Part shown: piece by piece, positions 13,201-27,015 of the stretch
Position numbering within the stretch: the first letter of the stretch is position 1
How the letters are laid out: each line of letters opens with the position of its first letter
Assembly (NCBI RefSeq): GCF_006345805.1
Contig: NC_043022.1
Location: 15,996,001-16,060,000, forward strand
Direction: 5' to 3'
DNA from: Octopus sinensis
Lineage: Eukaryota
Length of the DNA stretch: 64,000 nucleotides
The notes under the pieces: model-generated
Told to the model about the DNA's origin: nothing
Seen by the model: the letters and a program-made list of their open reading frames with translations, nothing else
Databases searched by the model: none
Program-made: the position numbers and the translations under genes

Positions 13201-13946
13201 TGCACATTTCAATATGAAATTGTCTTTTATTGTCAGAGTCTCCATGGATTGACCTACAGGAACAAAGGGAGGGAATTGTTGGAAGCAAACAGCTTTTTTT
13301 TAATCATTTTTTTTTCCAGTCTATTGTTATTTTTTTTGGTCTAAGATTAAATTATGGAGTGTGAGGTGAAGGAGGAGGTAATGGAATGGTCTGGAAGGTT
13401 TGCCAGGGCTTATGTTAGGGGCTGCGCTGGTAAAGTGACCGAAAACTGAGTTTATTCTATGCAGTGAAAATAAACCCCGAGTGTGACTGACCAGCCACCA
13501 GCTCAGCAGTAGAAATGGAGGGGCAGCAGCAGTATCCATTTTGTTAAGGATTGTCTGTTGATACTATCAGGGGGTCATCTGGTGGGGGTCATTGGTATTC
13601 CTTTCACCTTGAGTCAATCTCAGAGAATAAAAAAAAAAAAAAAATTGGAGGGAGGTGAGGGTGGGTGGGAAAAGATTCCGGGCTACGATCAGGGTGAAGT
13701 GAACAACTCCAGAACACTGTTGATTGTTGTTGTTGTTGCTGTTGGTGTTGCAGAAGCCAGATATTTGTTTCTCGGCAACATTATTAAAGTTCTAAAGCAA
13801 TGTTGATGTCCCCTACTTCCAAACTTGAGATCAGTTTTTTATGGAGACGGAGGGAAAAAAAAACATTACTAAAACCAAAATATATATATATACATATAAA
13901 AAAAAAACAAAACAACCAATCCATTCTTTCTAGAGGGCCATTACTG

Positions 13947-13996
13947 TCAAGATTTCCCACTTTTGCCATTAACATCGTTATCTTTGATAATGTGTT
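13947..13996 (-). CDS. DNAJC11: DNAJC11 terminal coding exon ([16 protein letters not shown])
   Basis: ttttcag acceptor; phase 1 matches the preceding exon; TGA at 13949-13947. Confidence 0.82.
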
Positions 13997-16900
13997 CTGA
14001 AAATATAACAAAATAAAAATTATTAGATTTAAAACCTCAACTTGATAGAAAATGTTTTATTGGTCAAGGGCAGAGTTTCTCAAACATTTTTTCTATCCTA
14101 TGGACCTCTTTGATTCCTAATTTACTCAGCTGGACCCTGCTAGTCATTCAGTGCTTAAAAAATTCCATTATATTGTTATAATTAAATATTATTAGGAATT
14201 GAATGAAAGAAAAAACAAATTGTTGAAATATTTTGCGTACAGTAATCCCATGACATATTGTGGTTCAGCTATTGCAGTTTATTATTCAACCCTTTCATTA
14301 CCAACCCAGCTGAAATCTGGCTCCGAGTACAAATGTCTTATTTCTTTACTGCCCACAAGGGGCTACACAGAGGGGACAAACAAGGACAGACAAACAGATT
14401 AAGTCGATTATATCGACCCTAGAGTGAAACTGGTACTTATTTAATTGACCCCCGACAGGATGAAAGGTAAAGTCGACCTCAGTGGAATTTGAACTCAGAA
14501 CGTAGCAGCAGACTAAATACTGCTAAGCATTTCGCCTGGCGTGCTAACGTTTCTGCCAGCTTGCCGCCTTGTCTTGCTTTGAATTAAAATCTTCCACCAA
14601 ACCTTAGTCACAATTTATGTTCCTAACACTAGCTTAATAATAACTGAGATATTTTACTAAATTCTTTGTTATATCTAAAATTAATTGAAAGAAACAGAGA
14701 ACATCTCAACAGAAATAGGGTAACGAAAGGGTTAAGCCTCCGTGGTGTTGTTTTGCATTTATAATAAAATAAATATATACAAATTATAAAAATAAAATAA
14801 AAAATATACAGTACTGTTTCTACTTTACAGATTTTCACCTATTGCAGGGGCTTTTGGAAAGTAACACCTGCGAAAGTTGAGGGATTACTGTATTGTAGAA
14901 TTGTAACCAATTTCTTGCACATCAACTTTAAGACCAAAATCTTATCTGGACCCCAGGTGGGAACCAGTGATCTGGTAGTTGGGATTCCTGGTGAACACCA
15001 GGCAGCCTGGGTTTCATTCATGAAATGGGAATGTAGGATTTTCTTAATAGGCAGAGGCGTGGCTGTGGGGTAAGAAGCATGCTTCTAAACAACATGGTTT
15101 TGGGTTCAGTCCCACTGTATGACACTGTGTGTCTCCTACTATAGCCTTGGGCCAACCAAAGCCTTGTGAGTGGATTTGGTAACAGAAACTGAGAGAAGCT
15201 TATCCTTTTGCCTGTCCTGTATATCACGTGACACACGGGATACATTTCTCTGTTGTCCATGCATTATATATGATATGCAATTCCAATTGTTTCTTTCAAT
15301 TAACCCAGCAACTGTGGACTTATTAAAGGAAAGCTTTACATTAGACAGAAAGTATGGAACAATAACTCCGAAAACAAATACGTATTACTATTCAGGAGAA
15401 ATTTATGAAAAGGCTTTGGACAGGCAAAGGGTTAATTAATCGATCAAAAGATAGCTTAAACCATTTTGATAAGCTGGATAATTTAATTAGTAAAATGAAA
15501 CAACATAATCGTTGGCACTTAAACGTATAACGACACAGGGAATAGATTTCATTTGCAAGGCTGGAACTTACTTTTTAGAGGTATTTTCAGAGGTTCACAA
15601 TCGCCTAAAGTTACGTGGTGGAGTTTATTTCGGAATTTATATCGGATATATAAACTCTTTTCTTCTCCTAAACAGGGATCATAGAACCCTAAGATTCCAG
15701 TCTGCAAAATAAAGATCAAATCTGAATATATATAATATATATTTATACTTGTCTCTATCATGGTGCTGTGTTGAACACACAGTCTCACAGTTTAATATTA
15801 GCATATATGTACACACACACACACATTAAGCTACATTTCCTTTTCCTCCCATTATCTGTTGGTCACCTGAATGTTGACAGATGAAGTAATTTCAGTAATT
15901 TGTGTAACTGAGTACGCTTACTCTTGTTTGTATTTCTAAACAGTGTGTGTACACAAGCATCAGTGTACTGACAAAAATACGAGATGTTTCTGGTATGCAG
16001 TTACGTCCCTTTATATCAAGGAGGACTTAGCCATCTGCTAAATAGAGCAAAAATAAAATAAGGATCAGACAAGTACAGGCATCAATATAATCAAATCACA
16101 AAGACAGTGCCCCAGCATGGTCGCAGACGAAACACTGAAACAAGTAAAAGAGTTAAGCCCCCTTGAAACAAAGAGAGATGTGTGACTTTCATCAACATCC
16201 TGATTTAATGTCTGTTTTCTATTGCTGGCATGGGTTGGACAGTTTGACAAGAGCCGTCAGTCCAGAGGACTCAGCCAGCCAAGCTCTGTCATCTGCTTTG
16301 ACATGGCCTCTACAACTGAATGCCATTCCCAATGCATTAACTTTTAAGTGTTTTGTAATTAACTTAAACTGTGGGTATAAGTATGAGTGTAATTAACCCT
16401 TTAGTATTTAAACCGGCCATATCCGGCCAAAATATTTAATCTGTTTTATGTTCAAACTGACCAGATCCAGGCCCTCACACCTACCCTACAATGTTATTCT
16501 ACATTAAGTAATTACACCATCAAGATCTTGAAGATATGAGATAATGCATGATTAATTCAAATCAATGGGAATCAATAGGCATTATGTTTGATAGAATAAT
16601 TTGAATACTAAAGGGTTAATTTAATGTGTGTGTGTAACTCCCTTTATCCCAGTTTCCCCCCAAATGTTAGAATCCGGATTCTTACCTTGCTATTCTTTTC
16701 AGGAATTAATAACGAAGAATTCTTGATAAGGCACTGAAGTGGCACAGCGACATCGATGTATTTACCATCAACAAACCCACTGCAAGACAAAAAGGAATCA
16801 GGTTATGAGCAAACTGAGAACTCACCAATGGATTCTTGTCAAAGTTAAAATGTCCATATGAAAAAAAAAAAATCAAGAGTTAAATTAGGGTACATATAAT

Positions 16901-19239
16901 ACATGAAATTAGGGAGCAGGAAGCAATGAAACCAGGGAGCTAAAAGTGTACATGTACTTGGGGCACACAGAGAATATATGCTGACATTTCAAGGGGAAGA
17001 AGGGTAGGATGGAAGGTGTTTACCTCAATAAAGGATATGCTTGAAGCAAAGCTGGACAAAACTGTACAGATTCTTCAACAACACTGTCCAACCTGTGCTC
17101 TTATACAAAAGTGAGATGTAGGCTACCATAAAGAGGGAAGAATATGAGTAACTGTGACCCAAAGGCCATGGAAAGGTCCATGTTAGGAGTATCCTTGCTA
17201 GTGTTTATCCAAAATGAAATAATTCGAGAATGGAGCAGAGTGAATGATGTGATCACAGAATACCAAAAGCTGGACCCAACATGTCAAAAGGTTCACAGAC
17301 AACAGGTTGGTCAGTGCAGTTGCCAAGTGATATCCAAAACACTGGAAGAGGTCACTTGGAAGGCCTTCATGATGATGAGAAAATAATTTAGTGAAGCAAT
17401 TTGGTCCAAGATGGAATAGGAGGACACAAGCGACATATAACAACATCCAACAGTCTGGTCGATACAAGTAACTGGGAATACAAATAATACATGGTACTCG
17501 GGGGTAGATATAAGTTATCAAAGGGTGCATGTAATATCTGATATTAAACAGTAAAGTTTCTTCAAGCCCACTTTTATCATCATTTGACGGTGACTTTCTA
17601 TGTGAGCATGGTTAGGACAGTTTGACTGGGAACCACTGAGCCGCAGGGCTGCATCAAATTCCATTGTCCCCTTTGGTATGGTTTCTGCAGCTCTCTATCA
17701 AGATATTTTTCATATAAAATGAAATACTAAAGCTTAACACATTGGACTACAGTAGATTGTCCACTGTTTGTAGTCGCTGTTGTGTAACACTGTTGCAGGA
17801 GGTATTAGAGGATCTAAAAGTGGGTGTTATTCACAGCAGCAGGGTATCATAGATCAATTATTACAATGTAAGATATTAAACATGTATACAAACACACATG
17901 GCCTAGACAATCTAATAGGTTAAACTCACTCACCCACTCATTCATGACCGTCTGCCCACTTCCGTTGTGGAGGCACAGGGCTTAGCGGTCAGTGTGTCCA
18001 GCTCAGAATTCTGAGTTTAATTTCCGGACAAAGTGTTGTGTCCTTGAGCGAGACACTTTATTTCATGTTGCTCCAGTCCACTCAGGTAGCAAAAACAAGT
18101 TGTACCTGTAATTCAAAGGAGCCAGCCTTGCCACACCCTGTGTCATACTAAATCTCCCTGAGAACTTCATTAAGGGTACACAGGCTGTTCCATTGATCAG
18201 GTAAGGGTACACAGGCTGTTCCATTGATCAGGTAAGGGTACACAGGCTGTTCCATTGATCAGGTAAGGGTACACAGACTGTTCCATTGATCAGGTAAGGG
18301 TACACAGGCTGTTCCATTGATCAGGTAAGGGTAAACAGGCTGTTCCATTGATGAGATCAACTGGAACATGCTTTATCATCATAAGTGACTGAATGTCAGC
18401 TTATTTCCCTGTTTACATATCATCATGCTGGTTTTGTTTTCAAAATCAAGTGGAATAAAAAAAAAACGTGTGCGTGACAGGAAGAGCATCCGGTTGTAAA
18501 ATAATGCTTTAATAATAAGTATTCATCTAACTCATGCCGGCATAGTTTGGACACTTATCAGCACATGTAAAATTAATGAATAAACACATTAACATATGAA
18601 TAAAAAGAAAATGAAGGTTTATAAGGGGGGCGTAAAACCACAAGATGTGACAGGATTAGCTTCTAACAGACATTTTCTTTTGTATCTCACCATCAGATTC
18701 TGAAGATGAAGAGGATGATGATGAGAACCTGTACCGAAACAAAAATCAAAATGGATATCTTACTCTTGCGACTTTTCCGACAGTTGCCCATAAAGAGCTT
18801 TCACAATCAGCAGACCAGATTTCTCATCCTCTTCCTTTATTACTCTTTGAACTGTTTCTTGCATCAAATGGATCTGAAAACACAACAACAGCAGTTGAAT
18901 TTCACCACTAATATCATCATCATCGTTTAACGTCCGTTTTCCGCGCTAGCATGGGTTGGACGGTTCGACCGGGGTCTGGGAAGCCAGGGGCTGCACCAGG
19001 CTCCAGTCTGATCAGGCAGTGTTTCTACAGCTGGATGCCCTTCCTAACGCCAACCACTCCGCGAGTGTAGTGGGTGCTTTTTACATGCCACCTGCGCAGG
19101 TGCCAGGGGCGTCTGGCATCGGCCACGATCGGTTGGTGCTTTTAATGTGCCACCGGCATGGAAGCCAGCCAAGGCGGCGCTGGCATCGGCCACATTCGGA
19201 TGGTGCTTCTTATGTGCCACCGGCACAGAAGCCACAGAC

Positions 19240-19275
<36 letters not shown>

Positions 19276-22200
19276 ACATACGTAATTCTTTTGGGGAATA
19301 ATGGCTCTTGAAACACATCACATAAAGCTATAAATAACAGCAGATAAATATTGGGTTGGATTGTCTGTTTTTGGCATGGTCTCTACTGTTGGATGCCCTT
19401 CCTAACATCGACCAGCTTATTGAGTGTACTGGGTGCCTTTTATGTGGCACCAGCACTGACAGGGTCATCAAATACCTTGCAAGACAAAACCCCACTTAAC
19501 CTGGAGAGGGGAGGGTAGTATTGAGGGTGTGTGGCTTTGCGCCATTTGAGAGATTTGATGTACAGATGGCACAGATACCAGTGTCTGTCTTCCCTTGTGC
19601 TGACTGTAAACTAAAGCCACTGTTCATAAAAACAGTGTCGTTTGTTTACAATCCTCTGTGAAAGTATGTCTGAGTTGTTTGTTGTTTGACAGATGCGGAG
19701 AAATAATATTATATTGCTTGGAAACATGTGAGGGTTGGCAACAGTAAGGGCATCCAGCTGAAGAAATATCTGCTTTAACAAAAGTTTCACCTGACCAATG
19801 CAAGCATAGAAAAATAGATGTTAAAACAATAAGGATCATGATGAGGATCTTACCATCAGAATGGTAGAGAGTTACAACAGCATCATCCCCAAGACCAGTG
19901 TTTGTCAACCATTTTTCAGCCTATGGGATCCCTTTTGATTTCTATTTTAATCTACTGGACCTCCACAGCTGTTTGGTGTCTAAAAATATCCTATCATAAT
20001 TTTGACATTGAAAAAATTAAAATTTTCTGAAGTTTTAATAGAAAATTTTTTAACATTGAACAGGGTTGTGTCCCACACCTCACGAAATTATAATTCTTTT
20101 GTTTCAGTCATCAGACTGTGGCCATGCTGGGACACTGCCCGAAGAATTATAGTTGAATGAATCGCCCCCTGTACCTATTGAATTGGTCTCTCTTGGCAAA
20201 CCACTAAGATACGAGGTAGGAATTATAGAATAAAAATTGTTGAGGTATTCTGTGTATTGTAAAATTACAATTGAATTTCTGTGCAAAAATTTCAACAACA
20301 GAATCTTATATGGAACCCCTTGTCTCATGCGGATCTTGGTTGAGAAGCACTGCTCAGGACTGTCACTCTGCACAATCTCAGACCCAACATATCTAATAGG
20401 TTGTATCAGTAAATCGTTAATCAACATTTTGCCCCCAATTTCTTGAGACAAAAATCGTCCAAATCAGACAACAACATCAACAACAACAAAGCAAACATCA
20501 TTAAACTCACCGCAGCTTCAGCTTCCATCTTCTTCTTGTGGATAATGTCACTGTTCTCTTCTTGTTTCTTCTCAATATCTCTGGAATGCAGAAAGCAAAA
20601 GAAACATTAAAAGCAGCCCTCAACGCATTTGGTAGGAACCACATATATTCTTAATATCTGTTTCTTTATTGCCCACAAGGGGCTAAACACAGAGGGGACA
20701 AACAAGGACAGACAAACGGATTAAGTCGATTACATCGACCCCAGTGCATAACTGGTACTTAATTTATCGAGCCCAAAAGGATGAAAGGCAAAGTCGACCT
20801 CGACGGAATTTGAACTCAGAACGCAATGACAGACACAATACTGCTAAGCATTTCGCCCGGTATGCTAACATTTCTGCCAGCTCGCTGCCTTTTAATATCA
20901 GTTTGACTCAGCCCCACATGAGTGTATAGGAGACATCCAGCTCGTCAAATGCTCTGTGTTTGTGTGTGTCTGTGTGTATATATCATGGTTTCTGTGGCGC
21001 AATGCCCTTCCTAAGTGGATGTCAAATGATGATGATGTGTGTATATAAATAGCCCTTTTTTCATGAAAAAGAGGAGCTAACAAGCGGTACCAGCATGGTT
21101 GTCTTTCTGTGTTGCACCAGCACAGGTGTCTTTTACCTGGTGCCAGCACAAGCACCAATGCTTTCTGCATGGTGCCAGCACAGGTGCTTTCTACATAGCA
21201 CCAGCACGAGTGGGTCTTCTGAGACACTAGAATGTGTGGTTCTTACATGGCACCAGTACAGGTGCCATTTATGTGGTGCCAGCACAGATGGGTTTCTTTA
21301 CATAGTGCCAGCATAAATGCTTTTTACGTGGCACTGACACAGGTGCCGGAGAGACAACAGAGGTGACTGCTACTATTACTACTAGTATGGAATAAAGCGT
21401 TTCCTTTCAAAGAAATCATCTGACCTTTTCTTCTGCTCCTGTAGATATGGTTTGATGATGAGAATTTTCACAGCATGGTATAACATAAAGGGGACAGCAG
21501 TTCCATAAAAGATGGCGCTGGGCATTAAATGGTCGGAGAGGTGGATGGGGAAGAGAAACGTCTGGCGGCCACGACTTAATCTGGTAGAAAAAGACAAGGA
21601 AAGAGAAAAATATTAAATCTGTTTTGCAATGTAATGCATTTTGGTAAAAATAAAATAAATTTGATTACAAATCAGGACATCAGAGGGAGGATGAGGGGGG
21701 TGAGAGAGTGAAGAGTGGGGGAGTGAAAGAAAAAGAGACAAAAAGGAAAAAAAGAGGGTGTATGTCTATGAGAGTGTGACAGAGGGGGCAAGAGACTGTG
21801 AGAAAGAGAGAAAGAGTAACAATGAGAGAAGAGTAACATGGGTGCCACCTACTTTATTCGAAGAGTTACTCCTGTTGGGACACCCACCAACATTGTTGCT
21901 CCTAATGTACTGTATTCGGTGATCTTTTTCTCGACACCACATTCTAAGATTGTACTAAATACACCAACTCTGTTCAAGAAAAAAAAGAAAAAAGAAGATA
22001 AACCCCAACCATGTTAAAGGCAAGGTTTCACACATGCCACACAAACACTACATACATCAGACATCATATTGACAAACACAAGTCTGTGAGTCTGTATACT
22101 GGCAGTTTTCAAAGGCAGCTCCCAGGGCCACATGCAGTCCTCAAGCATCCTTATGGCAGCCCTTAACAGTCTTCCCACCAAAATTCAGGTTTTAGGTCTG

Positions 22201-25200
22201 ACCCAGATATTAAAACGGTCGAGAGCCAATGCTCTATACCAGTGGTTTTCAATCAGTGTTCCGCAAGAAGTTACAAAACTGCTAAAATTGGCAGTAATTT
22301 TTAATTCTCCCATGCAGATATGTGTGCATAAGACTATTAAATTATTGCTCAGGGGTTCCTCGAGCCAGTGGAATGTTTCCTCGGGGTTCCGCTCCAGCAA
22401 AAAGTTTGAAAAGCACTGCTCTATACTGTTACCTCAAATGCTAAAAATAACAGCCAAATCTCTCTCAACTCATACCCTACTATCTTAAAGGAAAGAAGAA
22501 TGCTATAGATGTGAAGTTCCTCATACACAAAGCGATGAGATGATCATGACTGGAATACTCTTTGATTATATAACTCAGCTACTGCTGCTATTTCTCACAG
22601 GTTGAGGCTTCCTTTATTTTCTAGAATTTGTTTTATTGTACAAAATGAAAATGCAATTCATAAAAGGAATATAGCTCACATATCAGAAAAAGAATCTCTC
22701 TCTCTCACACACTTTTATACTGTTTACTGACATTCTAGACCTGTGGCTATCAGCCATTTCTTACTTAGGGACCTTCGATTCCTATTTTACTCCACTGGAC
22801 CCTCATAGTCACTGGAGGTTTAGAAAATTTAATTTTAATAATTAGACATTAGAAATTGTATAAAAAATTGTCAAAATATTTTGTGTATTCTAGAAGAATA
22901 AACCAATTTCTTGCACATAAATTTTAACAACAAAATCCTATATGACCCCCACTTACCAAGAGTCATGTGGACTGTGGCTGAGAAATATAGCCAATAGGGA
23001 TGGACACAACCATAGCTGTATGGTTCAAAAGTTTACATTGCAACAATGTGGTTTCAAGTCCAGCCTTACTATGCAGCACTAGGGGCCAGTGTCTATTATC
23101 ATTGCAGCCAAACAATACCTTGTCATTGAACTTGGTAAATGGAGACTGTATGAAGCCCATATTTACATATGTTCATATGAATATGTGTGTGAGCAAACGT
23201 GCCAGTATGTTGATGTTTTGCTTTGTCACCATGTGAGAGAGAGTGAGAGCTAATTTTGAGACTTTTTGCCAACATTATAACTGGAATATGAAAAGCGGCG
23301 ATGGCTGGTGACAGGGGAGAACATCTGGTCAGAAGATCCTACCCCAAATAACTTCCAACCCTTCTAATCTGGTTTCAAGAAATCTTGCCATAAATAGATT
23401 GAAAAGATTAGCTGTTTTCTTAAAATTGCAACCTCGTTAATTAACCTATGAATTAGAGAAAAGTAATTTCTTCAAAACGAATTATCTAGTTTACTACAAT
23501 CTGTTTGTGTGCCTCCTTTATGGCAAAATCTCCAGACGTGTTCTATAGTCCATGTTACCATAGACCAAAAAAGAGATCTTAAATGAATGAATAAAAGCCA
23601 TTTAATTATTTATGAAAGAGATAATACTGACCTTACTGCACCTCGCACACGAGCATCATCGTCTTGAAATTTGTGTGTGTAACTTAATGAAACAAAACTA
23701 TTTGGAATTCCAATCTAGAAAGGAAAAAAAAAAGCCAAACAATAGAAACAGGGAACATTTCAGGATGTCTTAGTTTCCATCAGAAACAACGAAAGACCCA
23801 CTCTTTTCTTGTATCAATTGTCTTCAGAGTGAACAAAAGATAGAAAGTGGTGTTGTCCACTTTGATTTCGGCCATTTATCAAATGGTCAAGGGCCTGAAA
23901 CACGACCTTCTTTAAAATTCTACATTAATCAGAGACTGGTGTCCTAATCCTGATTGTTGCTTACACATGTTTCGGCTGCTGAATGCTGCAGCCTTCAACA
24001 ACAGCCAAATTGAACCTGAGACCCCTGTGGAAGGCTGGAGTATAGGACACCTGAAGCACAGTGAAACTAACAACCAAGATGAGGACATCAATTCAACTCG
24101 TATAAACAGGAGAGATGACATTTTTTATTCCTCATGAAACTTAATTAATCCTTTCATTACCAACCTGGCTGAAACCGGCTCTGGCTCTGAGGTACAAATG
24201 TCTTGTTTTCATAAGTTTTAAATTAAAATCTTCCACCAAACTTTAGTCACAATTTATGTTCCTAACACAAGCTGAAAGATAACTAAGTTATTTTACTAAA
24301 TTCTTTGTTATATTTAGAATAACAGAAAGAAACACAGAGCATCTCAAAATAAATACAGTAACGAAAGGGTTAAATCCTATAAACATTCTGGTCCTCATAT
24401 ATTTGCGCACCACAAAGGAGTCAATGAGTTATGCCTGGTCTATAACAAGTTCTTTCATCTGACATGTTTTCCCAGGCTGGAATGGGTTTGTAATTATTTG
24501 AGGCAGAATTTTGAGACCGGATACTTTTCCCACCATCAACCTTTTGTTGGTGGCAGTCACTATCAAATGGCTGAGTATACCATAAGTTATGCCTCTATAT
24601 AAAGAAGTTAACAACTTAGTGAGTAAATACTGGTTTCAAATTTTGGCACAAGGCCAGCAATTTCAGAGAAGAGGGTCAGTTGATTACATCAACCCCAGTG
24701 CTCAACTGGTCCCTTTTTATCGATCCTGAAAGGATGAAGGGAAAAGTTGACCTCGGTGGAAATTGAACTCAGAATGTAAAGACAGATGGAATGCCGCTCA
24801 GCATTTTGTTCAGCATGCTAACAATTCTGTCATTTCACCACTTTTTGGGGGAACAGATATTAAAAAAAGTTTTACATTAGAATATAAAACATGCACACAC
24901 AATGGGGGTCTTTTTTTCAGAAGTGCACACATGATTCTGCAAAAGCTATACACAGCAGTGAGACAAACTAATAAACAGGTGCATTTAACAAAAACACCCT
25001 GTAATATTTACTCTGCCCGACTTATCTTGATACACCCCTGTTACTCCCAGCATCATAAATACCACACACCAGTAATTGGCTCGTAAAGAAACCTACAACA
25101 AACAAGGTGGCGAGCTGGCAGAAACGTTAGCACGCCAGGTGAAATGCTTAGCAGTATTTCGTCTGCTGTTACATTCCGAGTTCAAATTCCACCGAGGTCG

Positions 25201-26976
25201 ACTTTACCTTTCATCCTTTCAGGGTCGATTAAATAAGTACCAGTTACGCACTGGGGTCGATATAATCGACTTAATCTGTTTGTCCCCTCTGTGTTTAGCC
25301 CCTTGTGGGTAGTAAAGAAATAGTTATTTCGTCTGCCGTTACATTCTGAGTTCAAATTCCGCCAAGGTTGCCTTTCATCATTTCGGGGTCGATGTAATCG
25401 ACTTAATTCCTTTGTCTGTCCTTGTTTGTCCCCTCTGTGTTTAGCCCCTTGTGAGCAATAAAGAAATAAGAAACCTACAACAAACGATGTGAGTGTTCAC
25501 AGCAACACACATTCAACCTCCCTTGAAACGAAAGAATGTCGTTCGTTACAAACCTGAACCGTAAATACTGCATGTCGTTTTAATGAATCATAAACTATGA
25601 TGGTACTCATTGCTGTCGTCATTCCAGCTGACCAGACCAGTCGTCCTTGGACATTGCCAAACTGTGATACAATCACTACAAAACAACCAGAAAAAAAATA
25701 CAGTTGCTAGGCTAAATATCAATGCATCACAGAAATCAATAAATATTGATGGGTGGAAGAAAAGAGTTCAATTTGTTTCAAAACAGTTTCACTAAAAATT
25801 TATACACACACACACACACATATATATCTATAGGTACAGGTGCAGTACCATGGGCAAGTGTCTTATACTATAGCTCTGAACAGACTAAAGCCTTGAGTAG
25901 ATTTGATAGATGGAAATAGAAAGAAGCAAATCGTGTATGCCATCATCTTCATCATCATTTAATGTCTGTTTTCCATGCTGGTATGGGTTGGACAGTTTGA
26001 CAGGAGCTGGCAAGCCAGAGAGCTGCCCTGGTTCCAAATGGCAGTTTTGCATGGTTTCTAAGCAATACTCTTAATTCATGTAGGCAAAGAGAAAAAATAA
26101 CGAATCCACTCGGCTTTGATCAACTACATACGCGTTTCTGGATTAAAGAGATGTAAAATTTTTATTTTTACTCACTTATTTCCTTCTTCAGTGTAATATT
26201 TCAATTGTAAATTTGAGAGTACTTATAATTAAATAAGTATTCAACATTGAATAACCAATATCCAAAAACCAGCACTTCTGAATTTATACAGACGAGTGAG
26301 AACTTGCATTCTTCCCCAATCACCCATGCGTGTTACAAGTAATCCCGCAGAAACTGCAGTTTACTATCAAGGAGTGAATTGTATTTTCTGGTTGAATACA
26401 TATTTAATTATAAGTACTCTCAAATTTACAATTGAAATATTACACTGAAGAAGGAAATAAGTGAGTACAAATAAAAATTTTACATCTCTTTAATCCTGAA
26501 ACGCGTATGTAGTTGATCAAAGCTGGGTAGAGTCGTTATTTTTTCTTTTTGCCAACATGAATTAAAAGTATTGCTGGCTGGGAGATATCTTATGGTAGAG
26601 GAATAGTATTTAACTGCTATTTCTAAATTTCGGTATGTGGTGAAGCAATTTGTTGAACCCTAATTATAATTATAAAATTTTTGTATAAGGTTACCAATAA
26701 AGGTTATTGTAACATACTGAACTACTTAGTAAAATTATTAATTTTACCCTTTATTATTATTGAATGTTGCCAGTGCCGCCCCGACAGGCCTCGTGCCGGT
26801 AGCACGTAAAAAGCACCCACTACACTCATGGAGTGGTTGGCATTAGGAAGGGCATCCAGCCGTAGAAACATTGCCAGATCAGACTGGGCCTGGTGCAGCC
26901 TTCTGGCTTCCCAGACCCCAGTTGAACCGTCCAACCCATGCTAGCATGGAAAGCGGACGCTAAACGATGATGATGA

Positions 26977-27015
<39 letters not shown>

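Noticed and set aside
12799-13344. Long YI/CV-repeat ORFs (also at 50950-51463)
   Set aside because: They are translations of TA/TG microsatellites.
18171-18355. CRISPR-like array of about 31-bp repeats
   Set aside because: Units are directly adjacent with no unique spacers, the genome is eukaryotic, and the unit derives from a SINE.
18691-18728. Exon-like 38-nt Ser-rich segment ([12 protein letters not shown]) with cag/ and /gtgag sites just after the DNAJC11 exon at 18764
   Set aside because: It would need a 35-nt intron and breaks the phase required by the next exon (IDVAVPLQC frame); the only phase-compatible frame contains TGA.
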